Positions 12,780-25,745 of a stretch of 64,000 bases of DNA are shown here, in pieces. The DNA is taken from NCBI GenBank assembly GCA_034780895.1, contig JAUZTB010000002.1, positions 47,275,016 to 47,339,015 on the forward strand, given 5' to 3'. The stretch's first letter is position 1. Each line of letters opens with the position of its first letter. Source of the stretch: Rhynchobatus australiae (lineage: Eukaryota). Both the position numbers and the translations under genes were made by a program. The notes under the pieces were generated by a model. That model searched no databases, was not told where the DNA came from, and saw nothing but the letters and a program-made list of their open reading frames with translations.

Positions 12780-13133
12780 CAATATAGGTCTCTGGTCAGA
12801 CCCCACTTGTAGTATTGTGCTCAGTTCTGGTTGCCTCACTACAGGAAAGATGTGGAAGCCATAGAGAGGGTGCAGAGGAGATTTACGAGGATGCTGCCTG
12901 GAATGCGGANNNNNNNNNNNNNNNNNNNNNNNNNNNNNNNNNNNNNNNNNNNNNNNNNNNNNNNNNNNNNNNNNNNNNNNNNNNNNNNNNNNNNNNNNNN
13001 NNNNNNNNNAGCTGAATAAAATAGAGGGCTATGTGTAGGTCTAGTAATTTCTAGGTTAGGGACATGTTCGGCACAACTTTGTGGGCCGAAGGGCCTGAAT
13101 TGTGCTGTAGTTTTTCTATGTTCTATGTTCTAT
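12780..13133 (+). mobile_element. CR1 LINE 3' fragment
   Basis: PHYRKDVEAIERVQRRFTRMLPGM; (TTCTATG)n tail. Confidence 0.9.
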
Positions 13134-15144
13134 GAGTCTACCTGGTTTGCTTTCTTTTTGGAGAAATTTCAACTTATTCTTCAAAGCACATAGGAAGGCG
13201 GGAAGGGTTTTGGAGGCAGCGGTTCTTGTTTAATTGCTTTCGGCTTTGCTGATGTCACCAGGGTCCAAGTGCTATTTTAATCACAAGTCTGAGTTGTAAA
13301 TATTTCCACCAGCTCAACTAAGCAGGAAGGCTAAAGAGGTCCAAACGTTCCTCATAACACAGGGAGAGGCGGGAGAATTGCTCTTAGTTCCATGCAGGAA
13401 GATGGTAAGTGTAGGATGCGCCTGCTATGGACACCTCTCAGAATCTCTGGCCAGTGTGGTCATGTGTGTCTGCCAGAAATCCTCTCCACTGTGACTTGCT
13501 TGACTGCAAGATTCTGGTCTTTTGGTTTCAGTTTATTTTACCATATTGGTACAACTCTACTTATTGACTATCAATGATCCATGCACTACAACTCCCAGGT
13601 GCTTCTTTGGCTCGACAATCTCAAACTCACTATAAATCTGAGCTAGAAATAGAGCAAATTAGAAATAAAAAAGAGCACAAAAATGTAAATTACCAACACA
13701 GTCCGATCTTAACAGACACAAGAATACATCTCCAGTAGTTAAAATAGGAAACCAATAAAGGTGATGTAGAATAGGCAAGGCAAAGAGGGAGTAAAGTGTT
13801 ACCATGCTTAGAGCAATGTTGTCTACAGTTATAATACCATTCTAATTTACTGATGCAAGTTGTCCTTGTAAACTGAAATGCACTGCTGACCTGATCATTG
13901 TGCTATCTTAAATGGCACTTTTAATACTGTTGTAAAACTGACAATGAGCCCACAAAACAGGAACATTTGACTTTTAGTAATGTAAGATTTGACTTGATGT
14001 TTATCCTCATATAAACTTATGCAGTGTGTTTATAGTCAAAAGCAGCCATGGTGTTTAATGAGCTATGTGAGAAACACATGCACATTGGCATAAAGTTGCA
14101 GATTTTGGCTGTGGCTTCCTTATTTCTCTGCAGAAAAGAAAATGTTTAATTTGAATTAAATAATCAGTATAAATTTTCAGTCTGTCAGTTTCTTTCTAAA
14201 CTGTTAAGGTTTAATTTATCTCTGCCACCTAATACTTATTGTGAAGCACTTGGGAGGCGACAACTCCTTACTTCCACCTGCACCTACAACATTTCTGATG
14301 GTTTCACTGCTTCAACAATTCTCAGTTTCTGTGTGGGTCCAGTTTTATTTGGATTTTTGGGGGACAGGTGGAACATCCTGTGTTCCAGTTGAAATGTAAA
14401 CCCTTTGTCCCCCCCAACCTTTCCCATCCCCACACATCTTAGTCCAGTACATTATATTGGTACCACTTCCCATTTTCACCATGATTTATTTCCAATTCCC
14501 ACCCTTCTATCAATTTCTCTTTCTCCATATATGAGCAAAAGCTGATGCTTGACTACACTTCCTCTGGGTATGAAAAACTGCAGTCTTGCACTTTTATCAT
14601 GGTATTATTTAATTTTTAATTGTTTGTTCTGTATTTCGGTTTTCAGGTTGAGAAAGATGATATCTAAAGTTGATCTTAATTTCCTTTCTATGAGTAAGAA
14701 ACTATGTATAAGTTTTTTTAATTTGTAGCCTTTAATGTTGAAGTATTGCTTGGCTGTATGTCCATCCACTTTGACTGAACATCGGTTAAGGAACATTGTC
14801 CTTAAGAAAAGCTTAGCATAATAACATGGAGTCTACTCCATGGCTGTTCAGGCCATTCCAAAGGCAAGAGGGAGTGGAAGTGGATACTGATTGTTGCAAG
14901 ACTACATTTCTCACTCAATGCCAGAGTCTATTTTAGGCCACCACATGTATAATCTGGCCTTCATTTTGCTAATTCCTTGGAGTGACTATTGTAGTTGTTT
15001 CAACAGCAAGGTCTAGCTTTGTTGGGGAATGACAACTCTAGCTCCCCACAAAATGCATCCAACCCTCACACTCAACTCTGGGGCATTAACTATGGTTATT
15101 TCTATGTAGAACACCCTTTAATGACTTGAAGAAGTAGTATAATC

Positions 15145-15735
15145 ATACGGTACAAATAAAGGCCCTTTGGCCCATCATGTTAATGCTGACCATCAAATAC
15201 CCATCTATACTTATCCCATTTACCAGATCTGGTCCATGGCCAACTGTGCCTTAATGATTCAAATTCTCATCCAGATGTAACTTAAGTTTTGTGAGATGCT
15301 TTAGTGAGCATGTAGATGAGATTTACTAAGACGACTCCAGGAATGAAGGTTTTCATTTGTGTGATGGACTGAAGAAGCTGGGATTATTCTCTTTCAACCA
15401 GAATAAATTGTCAGGAATCTAGCAGAGATACTTAAAATTAGGAAGGGTACAGAAAAATATTCCAATTGACAAGAGTAGTCAAAACCTAGGGAGTCAAAAG
15501 TGGCAAAACAAAAGAAGTATTTTATGCAGAGTGGTTAGGATCTGGTATGCACAAGTTGGAGTAATCATGAAGGCACATTCAGTTACAGTGATCTAAAGGA
15601 AGCTGTTAAACACAAAAGGAAAAAGATAATGCAGGATTATGACAAGGAGTGGAAGTAAATAGTTTGTTATTACATAAGGCTGGCATAGAGTTGAAGGGTC
15701 AAATGGCCTCCTGTATTATTACTATTCCAAGATTC
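15145..15735. mobile_element. Two degenerate CR1 3' fragments (minus ~15145-15295, plus ~15305-15735)
   Basis: 'ggccctttggcccatc' is a reverse CR1 tail; 'gagatttactaag...gaagaagctgggatt...gggtcaaatggcctcc' is a forward CR1 3' region. Confidence 0.65.
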
Positions 15736-16145
15736 TGTGGTTCACCAAATGAGAAAAATCTCCAAAAGTTAGATAGGAAACTGAGAACTACCCTCAACAA
15801 ACTGTGCATGTTCCACTTCTGCTTACTGGAAGCACCTGGAATATTTGGATTACAAGGGGAAGTCCTGGAAAATTCCAAGTAGCAATGAAGCCAGATATCT
15901 AATCACATTCAGCACCTGGAATATATGAATTCCTGATGCGCAAAGAATGCAGAAAATCCCCATTCCTTTTTCATNNNNNNNNNNNNNNNNNNNNNNNNNN
16001 NNNNNNNNNNNNNNNNNNNNNNNNNNNNNNNNNNNNNNNNNNNNNNNNNNNNNNNNNNNNNNNNNNNNNNNNNNCACTCTAGTGAAAATCGAAAAAAACT
16101 GCAGATGCTAGAAATTTAAAATAATACAGTAAATGCTGTTAATAG

Positions 16146-17850
16146 TCATGAACTTGAAACAGAACAGGATCTCCTGCTGTCCGCTGTCTGATCTGTACAG
16201 TTCTCACAGGCACGGTCCAAATGATCCATTATCAGCACTTGGCTCTGTATTCCTTCTGGCATCGAAAGACAATTGAGAACATTTGCATTTCCATAGTATT
16301 TCCCAGCTTTGAAACCTATTGTACATTCAAATGCTCCCAAGCTCAAAACTCATCTCTGAACATGGGGAAACTATTGAGGTGCCAGCTTCATTTCACAGGG
16401 CAAATAAATCAGTGATTTCTTTCTGTGTAAATTGTGACGTGACATCCATGGATTTACTTATAAAACCACTGCCCTTCAAACATGATGGCTAAGCCTTGTT
16501 CATCCAGCTAGGTTTATTTTTTTACTCTGTAATTATCAGCTCTCTGGACAGAAAACCTATTGGATTTTCAAACCCATCTTCCATCCAATGGGGCAACACA
16601 ACAGCAACACCACATGGTGATGTGTTACTGGATAGGATTGACTTCCTGTCTGTTTTGCAGTAGAGGAACACGTTGGCAGACTATATCAGATCTTTGGAAT
16701 GCACAGGAACCTTTTCTTGAAGTCCATCTCCACTTCGTGCCAATTTGCAATAATTAATGCACTAGAGCTAAGAGCTTTACTAGATTTGGCAATAATTTAT
16801 TACAATTATTTAACAAATTAATGAACAAAATAATTAATTATCTACAGCTCGGTTCATTAGTTGGGGCAGGATCATTGGTCACGGTTCTACCTTCTATCAA
16901 ACTGGGTGTTGTCCTTTGGAATCCAAATGGTGTCCATTATAGTCCACTTCATTTGCCTAGAAAGTACATGTTCTTTTCTTTAAACATAGGCCTGCCCTTC
17001 CAGGTTGCTCAAAACTTCTTGAGACTTCCATAACCAGGATATTATTAAAGAATACAGTTATGCTGGGAAAGGCCTTCAGCATGGATCTCTGAAAGCCTGG
17101 AAGGTTGTCAGTTCTTTGTGAACAAGCTCTTGTGTTTGTTCACAGTTTANNNNNNNNNNNNNNNNNNNNNNNNNNNNNNNNNNNNNNNNNNNNNNNNNNN
17201 NNNNNNNNNNNNNNNNNNNNNNNNNNNNNNNNNNNNNNNNNNNNNNNNNNNNNNNNNNNNNNNNNNNNNNNNNNNNNNNNNNNNNNNNNNNAGTCATCCT
17301 GTAACCTCCACAAATCCTGATGGATCCATTATGCTGCCACATTTGGCGCAGCCCATTCAGAGTACTTCACAGGTTCAATTATTTTCTCTTTGTGAAACCT
17401 TTCAATTTCTGCTTCCAATTTTAGTTTAATTGCATAAGACACTGGCCTTGGCTTGAAAAACTGTGGTGGAGTGTTGGGATCATTGTGAATGTTGGCTTGA
17501 GCAAGGTGCCCAGCCCATCTTTGAAAACTTCTTCTCGTCTTCCTAGCACTTCTCTGCAATCTTCAAGTCTCATCCATCTTAACACAATTAATGTCTCTCC
17601 AGTCCAGGTTTGATACAGAGCCTGTAACAACCACAGCGACGATGCTTCAACCAGTCCTTAATATTTTACTGTCACATCAGCAGCTCCAACTGTACAGTTT
17701 TCAGATTTAGCTGTGCCTCTTTGAATTCTGGTGTAGTGTTTACATCCAGCTGCATATTCAACTTTTTCATCAGAGTAACCCTGCACTCAGTATCAAGCTC
17801 AAATTTTGGGGGGTATCTAAGTGGCCATTGTATACAATCTGAAATTAGAG
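16146..17850 (-). mobile_element. Degenerate Ty3/Gypsy pol (protease-RT-RNase H)
   Basis: FELDTECRVTL (protease DTG-like), PQFFKPRPVSYAIK..KIIEPVKYSEWAAP, NGSIRICGGYR, VFFNNILV (YxDD position), IGFKAGKYYGNANVL, QIRQRTAGDPVL, in Gypsy order. Confidence 0.85.
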
Positions 17851-17896
17851 TTTTCCTTATCCAAACCAGAAAGCAACAGGAGATTGGCTGTATGAG

Positions 17897-18190
17897 AGTG
17901 GCACTGTGAATAGAGCTGCTGCCTCACAGCTCCAGTGACCCGAGTTTAGTCCTAACCGCCAGTGCTGATTGTGGGGAATTTGCACATTCTCCCCGTGACA
18001 CAGGGGTTTCCTATAACTGATCTGCTTTCCTCCCACACGCTGATTGGTAGGTAAGTTGGCCACCATAATTTTCCCCTTGTGTAGGTGGCTGGTAGAATTT
18101 TTGGGATTCTGAATAGGCCCCAGGGAAAAATTCGTGGGGGAATGGGATTGCTCTGTGAGCTGATGGACAAAAGGCCTCTTTCTATGTCAA
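17897..18190 (+). mobile_element. V-type SINE with CR1-like tail (HE1-like)
   Basis: tRNA-like head 'tagagctgctgcctcacagctccagtgacccgagtt', V-core 'ggtttcc...tttcctcccaca', tail 'gatggacaaaaggcctc'. Confidence 0.75.
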
Positions 18191-18544
18191 AAGGATATAC
18201 AGCATGGACTTGGTGGGCTAAGGATCGTGTTGACTTGCTGTGTGACTCAATGGTTAGTGTGACCTCACTGTTCTGTTTAAGTCAGTGAACATCTTAGCAT
18301 TCATGTCATGACATAAATCAGTAGTTCTGCTTTTGTTAAATCAACTCCATTTAATTAAACATTGTGAGCTTTTCCACCGAATTGCAATCTTCACTTGTTC
18401 CTTTATGCACTGACAATGATGGAATCTTTGGAAATTTTAGGTATCTTCATTTCTTTCTTTTTGTTTGCTCAGATCTACTTTATATCTATTCCTAAACTCT
18501 AGTGATGTGGTCTTTTACTACTTAAGTGATACTTCTACCTGAAA

Positions 18545-18730
18545 ATCAAAAACAAAACTGCAGATGCTGGAAATCTAAAATAAAGAAAATGCTGGAAATA
18601 CTCAGCAGGTCAGGCCGCATCTGTGGTAAGAAGAACAGAGTTAATGTTTCCGGTCACAGACCCTTCATCTTTGAACTGAAACATTTCTCCTCCCACAGAT
18701 TCAGCCAGGCCTGCTAAGTATTTCCATCAA
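18545..18730. mobile_element. Penelope pseudo-LTR pieces in inverted arrangement
   Basis: 'tggaaatactcagcaggtcaggccgcatctgtgg' pairs with 'ccacagattcagccaggcctgctaagtatttcca'. Confidence 0.7.
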
Positions 18731-21354
18731 TCTCTGATACTTTAACCTGACTCAGTAATCAAATACATAAGCTTACCTCCGTAGCAGTAATTACTATTAC
18801 TGCAGCAGCTATCTGACATTAATATGTAAATGTACCCACTTATTAGTAATCAAATTACTTTGTGTTTGACCTAGCAAATAATTAATAAATATATGAGCTT
18901 GGTTCTGACAGATAAGTGAACCTTAAATCTATGGAGGTGTAGGTTATATGTGAGATTTGGGATGAGATTTAATGTGGCATTGACTTGACTGAATAGNNNN
19001 NNNNNNNNNNNNNNNNGTTTATTGAAATCTGCATCAGTAGAGAAGTAGGTAATGCACTGAATCTCAACTGACAGGAATTGTTGTTGCAAGAGGATTTGAT
19101 GAATAGAAGAGCAGATGTTAATGTAGGGTCTAAACTTGAAAAGAAACAGATGTTGTCACAAACAGGTGTATGCAAAATACAAATCTGGAGCTTGGGAGTC
19201 TGTTTAATGTGAGGTTGAGCATACCAATAAGCCAGGGCAGGACCTGTGTATGGTCCAGAAATTAATGCAGGGGATGAAAGCAGTATAATTACTAACAATA
19301 ACCCCAAGCCACTCCAAGTTATGAGCCGAAGCCAAATTTGGCAAATAGTTTTTGACTTGTTGGCAGGTTAGAAGTAGACTATAAAACTTCCTTTATCAAC
19401 ACCTACTACTCAATAGTGATATTGCCAATTTGTAGAATGTAAGGTGGAAAGGCTTGAGTTTGGGAATTGCAGAATTATCAAATTGTTCCAGGATTAACTT
19501 CAACAATGTAAAATTGTATTCATAAACTACAACTTTCTTTCAGTAGAAATAGAAGTGTTGCATGTAAAATGAATTAAAGAAACAAATTACAGCATTCTAA
19601 TATAATAAAATCATCTAATGAGAGGACACAGGTATGGAGTTATGCAAGGTGAACTCAGGACAAGACACCAGGAGGCATTTCTTTCCACGGAGCAGGATCA
19701 AAGCCAAAGGGGACAGGGCAAGAGGTCAAGGGCATACATAGCACATTTAAGTAAGGGTTAAAATATAATCATAGGCAGAAGGTAATATTAGTATTCTGGA
19801 AAAAAAGAATCTGCTTCTCTTCCTCTTTCTCTCAACAATTTATCAATCCTTTCTCTCTTTTTATTCCCCTCCTCCTCCAGATTAAATGGACAGAAATCCT
19901 TGCCATTATTGGAGTAACTTAAACGAAGTGGACAGAACTATTTCAGTGCAAATTTGTTCCCAGAAGTCAGTATCATTTGAATCACTAGAAAATAGCAAAA
20001 GAAAAAGTCAAGCAGCCTGAAAGGACACGCTTGCAGTTGAGCTATATGAGGAAATGAGAGCTTTGTTTGTTTCAGTAAAATATGATTGAAAGTGTACTTT
20101 GGAATAGTGAAACATGATAATGACCATTTTTATTCATGTATCAGTATCTGGGAATAGCTGATGAGGCCAGCATTTATTGCCCATCCTTCACTACTTTTGA
20201 CAAGGTGTTGGTGAGCCACTGCTGTTCTTCTAGTGATAGCACTCCCTCAATTTCTGGATAATTACTTATCATTCTGAAAATTTGGGCAGTTGCTTGCTGA
20301 TGTCAGCCATCTATGCATATATAACATGGCATTGGCATCAATTGTGCCAAATGTGATATCATTCCCATTGCAGCACTGCTTTGGAATGTGCACAGTGCAA
20401 TGACCATAGGGGGCCCTTATACCAGTGCACTCCAACTTCTAGCCCGAGGCTTTTACATAGCACCCCTCGAGGGGCCATAATGACATGTAGTTCCACAGAC
20501 TGCTGGATGGCTTTATTGTGTGACAAGTGAGGTGCTGGGGCTGAGTAAGTTCTTTAAATAAGCATAAGCCCCATATTTTAATGTTATAACAAAGTCTTTT
20601 AATATTAACTCAATATAAAATGGCAGAGGATGCAGCTTGAACCCAAGTAAGGTACACTTGTACACTTGTGTGTCCATAACTATAAGTCTGGTATAATCAA
20701 GTTTTGAGGACTTTGGCTTTTTGATACTTCACCCTGAAATGTTTGCAGGGCAGAGTAGATTTGAAATCCACAGTCTGCAGGTTGTTCTTCTAATTACTGT
20801 TTCTCCATTTAGACAATTCAACCAATTATCCCTAAGTTGGTCTAAACTTTGCCCTTTATCCTCCAACTGATGCTCTTAACTTCCCCTTGATGATGAGCAG
20901 CATTTTCTCAGCACAGATGTGATGCATAATGGGGCAGTTGAGTAAATATTGCATGCACTAAAATAATGAGAGATACTTCCTCATGACCCAATGAGGTGAA
21001 GCTGAAAATATTTTGAATCAAATTGCATCATTACCAGTCCTTATTCACCCACTGTAATTGATCCACCATTGCACTAATAGTGGACCAGTCCACACATAAT
21101 GAACATATTAAAAGTAACTGAACATTTAAAATACAGCACAAAGTATTCCCAATCCAAAGCCCTCATTTGAAATATCATTAGCGATCTTTTATCATTAGAA
21201 GGATGTTGAATTCAGTGGAAATAAGAATTGCACCATCTTTTTTTAAAATCTGAGACTAGCAAGTCAGTCTGTTATTAATTACGTTGCTTATTCATCTACT
21301 GGAATTTATCCATTGCTACAATAAATATGATGCATCAGTTATTCATTTATTTGG

Positions 21355-22375
21355 TTTTTGGGGGGGATGTAGGCATTGATAGCAAGGTTAGGATTTATTG
21401 TCCATTTCTAATTGCCTTTGAAAAGGTTGGCGTGAGCTACTTTCTTAAACTTCTATCGCCTTCCAGTGAATTTACTTTCACAACACTGTTGAGGAAAGAG
21501 TTCCAGGATTTATCCCCAGTAATGACGAAGGACTGGTGATGCATGTTCAAGTCAGGCAATAGTGTGTGACTTGCAAAGCAACCAGCAGGTTGTATTTCCG
21601 TGCATTTGCTGCCTGGTCCTTCTTGACAACAGAGGTTACAGACTGAGAGGTTCTGTCAGAGCAGCCAAGACAAATAACTCCAGTTCATCTGTAGATGGTA
21701 CACATCGTGACCATGAACTGCTGGTGGTGGAGGAAAGGAATTTTCAGGATGGTGGATGGGTTACCGATCAAGTTACTTTGTCATGGATGATGTTTAATGT
21801 CTGAGTGTTTTGGAGATACACTTATCCAGAAAAATGGAAAATAGGAATTAACCAGATTGCTTTTGCCCTGCTTTTTGTGTATAGGACATAATTGGGCAAT
21901 TCTCTAGATTGTCAGGTCAATGTTATTATTGCCTAGACGTGTGGCTAGTNNNNNNNNNNNNNNNNNNNNNNNNNNNNNNNNNNNNNNNNNNNNNNNNNNN
22001 NNNNNNNNNNNNNNNNNNNNNNNNNNNNNNNNNNNNNNNNNNNNNNNNNGACGTGTGGCTAGTTCTGAAGTACTACATCTGAGATGTTGCCTGTCCTCTA
22101 GGTTTTACTGTATCTAGTGTTGTGTGGGATGAATCAAGTCATCTAAAGACTGGTGTCTATTATGGTGGGGATGTCATGAGGAACTGGAGATTTCTGGCTG
22201 AACATGTTTTCAGCCTTGTCTTTGATACACTGGTTCTCATCTTTATTGAGGATGGGGAAATTTTTTGAGATGCCTCCTCCTATTAATGGTTCACCACCAT
22301 TCATGACTAGATGTGTCACAGCTGCAGAATTATGATCCGATCTTGTTGGTTGTGGGATCTCTTCCATTGCTGTGG
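21355..22375 (-). mobile_element. Old LINE (CR1/Jockey-group family, probably as 49990-50810), internally deleted
   Basis: 3' signature 'atttattg.ccat...aattgcctttga.aaggt.g..gtgagc', also seen at 20145-20250 and ~35510-35800. Confidence 0.65.
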
Positions 22376-22559
22376 TCATCTATGAAACTACTAACTGTGA
22401 AAGTCATGTATGAAGTGGTGCAGGTAATAGGTAAGAAGTGTAAGGGCCTTTCTTAAGCAGTATGGTTTACTGATGTCACTAGATTCCAAGGTAATTTTAG
22501 AAGGTTGGACATTAAGTAAGTGGATAAGGATAGGAGCAGATGATATGAGAAAGTTTTTA

Positions 22560-24156
22560 ATTGGGGGAGGGCTAATTATGCTGGTATTAGGCAGGAACTT
22601 GGGAGCGTAAATTGGGAATAGAACACTTGCATAGGATTCTGGACAGGTTTGTCCCACTGAGACAGGGAAAGGATGGTAGAGTAAAGGAACCATGGTTGAC
22701 TAGTGAGGTGAAATATTTAGTCAAAAGGAAGAAGGAAGCATACTTAAGGTTTAGGAAGCAAAAAGCAGGTAGGGCTCTTGAGAAATATAAGGTAGCTCGG
22801 AAGAAGCTTAAGAAAGGACTTAGGAGAGCTAGAAGGCCTTGGCAAGTAGAATTAAGGAAAACCCCAAGGCATTCTACAAGTACATGAAGAACAAGAGGAT
22901 GATTAGAGTGAGGGTAAGACTGCTCAGGGATAAAAGGGGAAACGTGCCTGGAGGTGGAGGAGGTAGGGGAGGTCCTTAATGAGTACTTTGTTTCAGTGTT
23001 CGTTAGGGCGAGGGACTTTGATAAATGTAAAGTCAGCGTGGAACAGGCTAACGTGCTGGAGCATGTTCAGTTTAAGAAAGAGGTAGTGTTGGAGCTACTG
23101 AAAAAAAGTTAGGATAGTTAAGTCCTTGGGGCTAGACAGGATATACCCCATAGGTTACTATGGGAAGCAAGGGAAGAGATTGCTGGGTGTTGACGATGAT
23201 ATTTGTGTCTTCCCTGGCCAGAGGATTGGAGGATGGCAAATGTTGTTCCCTTGTTCAAGAAAAGTAATAAGGATAATCTTGGGAATTATAGACCAGTGAG
23301 TCTTACGTCAGTGTGGGCAAGCGATTNNNNNNNNNNNNNNNNNNNNNNNNNNNNNNNNNNNNNNNNNNNNNNNNNNNNNNNNNNNNNNNNNNNNNNNNNN
23401 NNNNNNNNNNNNNNNNNNNNNNNNNNGCAGGATTCTGAGCAGAGTGGAAGAACAGAGGGATCTTTGGGTCCAAGTTCATAGATCCCTCAAAATTGCCACG
23501 CAATCTGATAGGGTGGTTAAAAAGGCAACTGTGCTGATGTGCTGGCCTTAACTAATCAGGGGACTGAGTTCAAGAGCTGCAAGGTAATGTTGCAGCTCTA
23601 TAAAACTCTGTTTAGACCGCACCTAGAGTATTGTGTTCAGTTCTGGTCACCTCATTATAGGAAGGATGTGGAGGGTGCAGAGGAGATTTACCAGGATGCT
23701 GCCTGGATTCGAAAACATGTCTTATGAGGAAAGGTTGAGCAAGCTCAGGCTTTTCTCTTTGGAGCATCGCTGGATGAGAGGCAACTTGATAGAGGTGAAT
23801 AAGATTATGAGGGGCATAAATAGAGTGGACAACCAGCACCTTTTCCCCAGGGCAGCAATGGCCAATACCAGAGGACATCGCTTCAAGGTCAGAGGAGGAA
23901 AATTTAGGGGAGATGTCAGAGGTGGGTTTTTTACACAGAGAGTGATGGGTGCCTGGAATGCACTGCCGGGGGTGGTGGTAGAGCCTGATACAATAGGGAC
24001 ATTTAAGACACTCTTAGATTGGCACATGCATGTAAGAAAAATGGAGGTTTATGGGCTGCGTAGGAGGGAAGTGTTAGCTCGATCATGGAGTAGGTTTATG
24101 TGGGTCAGCACCACATCATGGGACGAAGGGCCTGTACTGTGCTGTACTATTCTGTG
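22560..24156 (+). mobile_element. CR1 LINE ORF2 (RT) remnant with 3' end
   Basis: EPWLT..VKRKKEAY, PEDWRMANVVPLFKK..GNYRPVSLTS, RPHLEYCVQFWSPHYRKDV, FFTQRV.GAWNALP, CR1 tail. Confidence 0.95.
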
Positions 24157-24379
24157 TAAGTGTTGCTTGCTCTTGATATGCAGTTTAGAATATGGCTATA
24201 GTTTGGCTTTTTCCTATCCATAAGGTATGATGCCGCTCAGTATAAAGTAAGATTGCCAGATCTACAATCCAGATAGTTGTTTTTACCACAGTAAAGTCAT
24301 TTGTTGCTAGTGTTAACCAGAGCAATACTACTGGGCTTTCATGCAGGATATAGTCTTTTTAGTCAAGTAAGGACCACTT

Positions 24380-25745
24380 TATCACATATCCCTTAGAATC
24401 TGCAGCATGTGTAACGTTAGTATAATGCTAAACTTGTGCCACATTATTTACAAAAGATTTGTATCTTCAGGAACCACAAAACACTGTTCTACTTTAGTAT
24501 TCTTGATTTTGTGATGAGGCCAAAGAATTTTACATACCCTCCTTTCATCAATTTGAGGAGTTAGCATATGAAATATTTGTATTTCTCACTTTTATCAGGT
24601 CATGCTTTCTGAAGTGACTGGTTATTATCTTTGTGCAGTATAGTTATATCCACCACAGCCACTTCATTACCTTTAGAAAAGATCAAGTCAGCTTTACACA
24701 GTGTTCCATCTGTTGTACACGGATGTGTTTCTACACATGTTGTCCATCCATATTTCATCAACTTCAGTTTTGGGGATCAGGACTGTTCGGTTCATATTGA
24801 GTGCATCAGGGATGGCTGCGGCCTTCAGCCATGTGATGAGGGGGTTGGCAATAGCAATTCACTCTCCTTAGATAGTAGGTTTAGGTCTTCCTTCTTAATT
24901 GTGTCTGAGCCTGACATGTTCTACTCTGAGATTTACAAATAGTTGGTTCTCTTTTCAGCCCCTCTGGTCTTGCCAGTATACAGGGTCTTCTTCGTCTTTT
25001 AATGGTGTTCTTTTGCTCATTATTGTATTGGGGTTTGCTCTCCACCGGGCCAAGTCCCAAGGCAAAGTTCTCTGCATTCCTCTTTTCCCTGAATAGTGTC
25101 TCTGCTTGTTGCAACAAGGTCTCAACTCAGTGGGCTCCTTCCTTCCAAAGGAGTCACTTTTGGTCTTAGTGGTGCTTGAGTGTTTTCTGTACTCTCATGC
25201 ATAGTGGTTTGGTCTTCACTCTCCTCAGCCATAGTCTAGTTCTAGACTGCTGTAGTCCTGTTAAATGTGTGCTTTTTTTCTGAGATCTGTTTGTTGGTTT
25301 TTGGTGTCAGGATTTACTGACCTCCAAGTTGATGCTTTAATACTCTTTAAATATATTCTTTAGTTCCAGCAAGAAAGCTGTCTTCTCATGCGTTCAATTG
25401 GACTTTCTCCTGACTTTTTGTGTGGTCCAGGATTATTACTGTTCTCTTTGCATTCCTCAGCATAGCATAGCAATATCCTTCATTATGACAATAACCACTT
25501 TCTGTATCAAAGGGTTCCTTACAAACCTCACAACTGAAGTTCTACTTGCCCCCCAGTCCTTTAGGTATTTGTATTTTAGGTAGTGTCATCTAATTTCACA
25601 GTGCTCTCCAATCTTGCCGCATGACAAGCAAATGTTTTGTTTTTAATCTAATCTGACAATGCTTTTGAGGTGCGTCTGGACCAGACTGTCGTGCAGATTT
25701 TGTTGCATCTGTTGTACCACAGCTTTCGCTGTGGAGCTCAAATGT
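24380..25745 (-). mobile_element. Degenerate R2-type non-LTR retrotransposon (3 zinc fingers, Myb, RT start, RLE endonuclease), RT core deleted
   Basis: Minus strand, frameshifted: YNRCNKIC..THLK; ICLSCGKIGEHCEIR*HYLKY; FSCEVCKEPFDTESG..LRNAKR; N*THEKTAFLLEL...KTNKQISEKK; SGSDTI..ITWLKAAAIPDALNMNRTVLIPK; KYGWTTCVETH..LCKADLIFSKGNEVAVVDITI..SLQKA*PDKSEKY..VKFFG. Confidence 0.85.

Noticed and set aside
21935-22065. Direct repeats flanking 100-N runs (also ~26228-26377, 31793-31931, 47382-47497, 50202-50319, 57141-57334), resembling TSDs around hidden insertions
   Set aside because: Identical sequence on both sides of fixed-length gaps is typical of unmerged contig overlaps; an assembly artefact.
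23633-24223. 196-aa ORF as a host gene
   Set aside because: CR1 ORF2 C-terminus running into the 3' UTR.
24221-24238. TAAGGTA..ATGCC resembling the 28S R2 target
   Set aside because: Wrong strand relative to the R2 remnant and too short.
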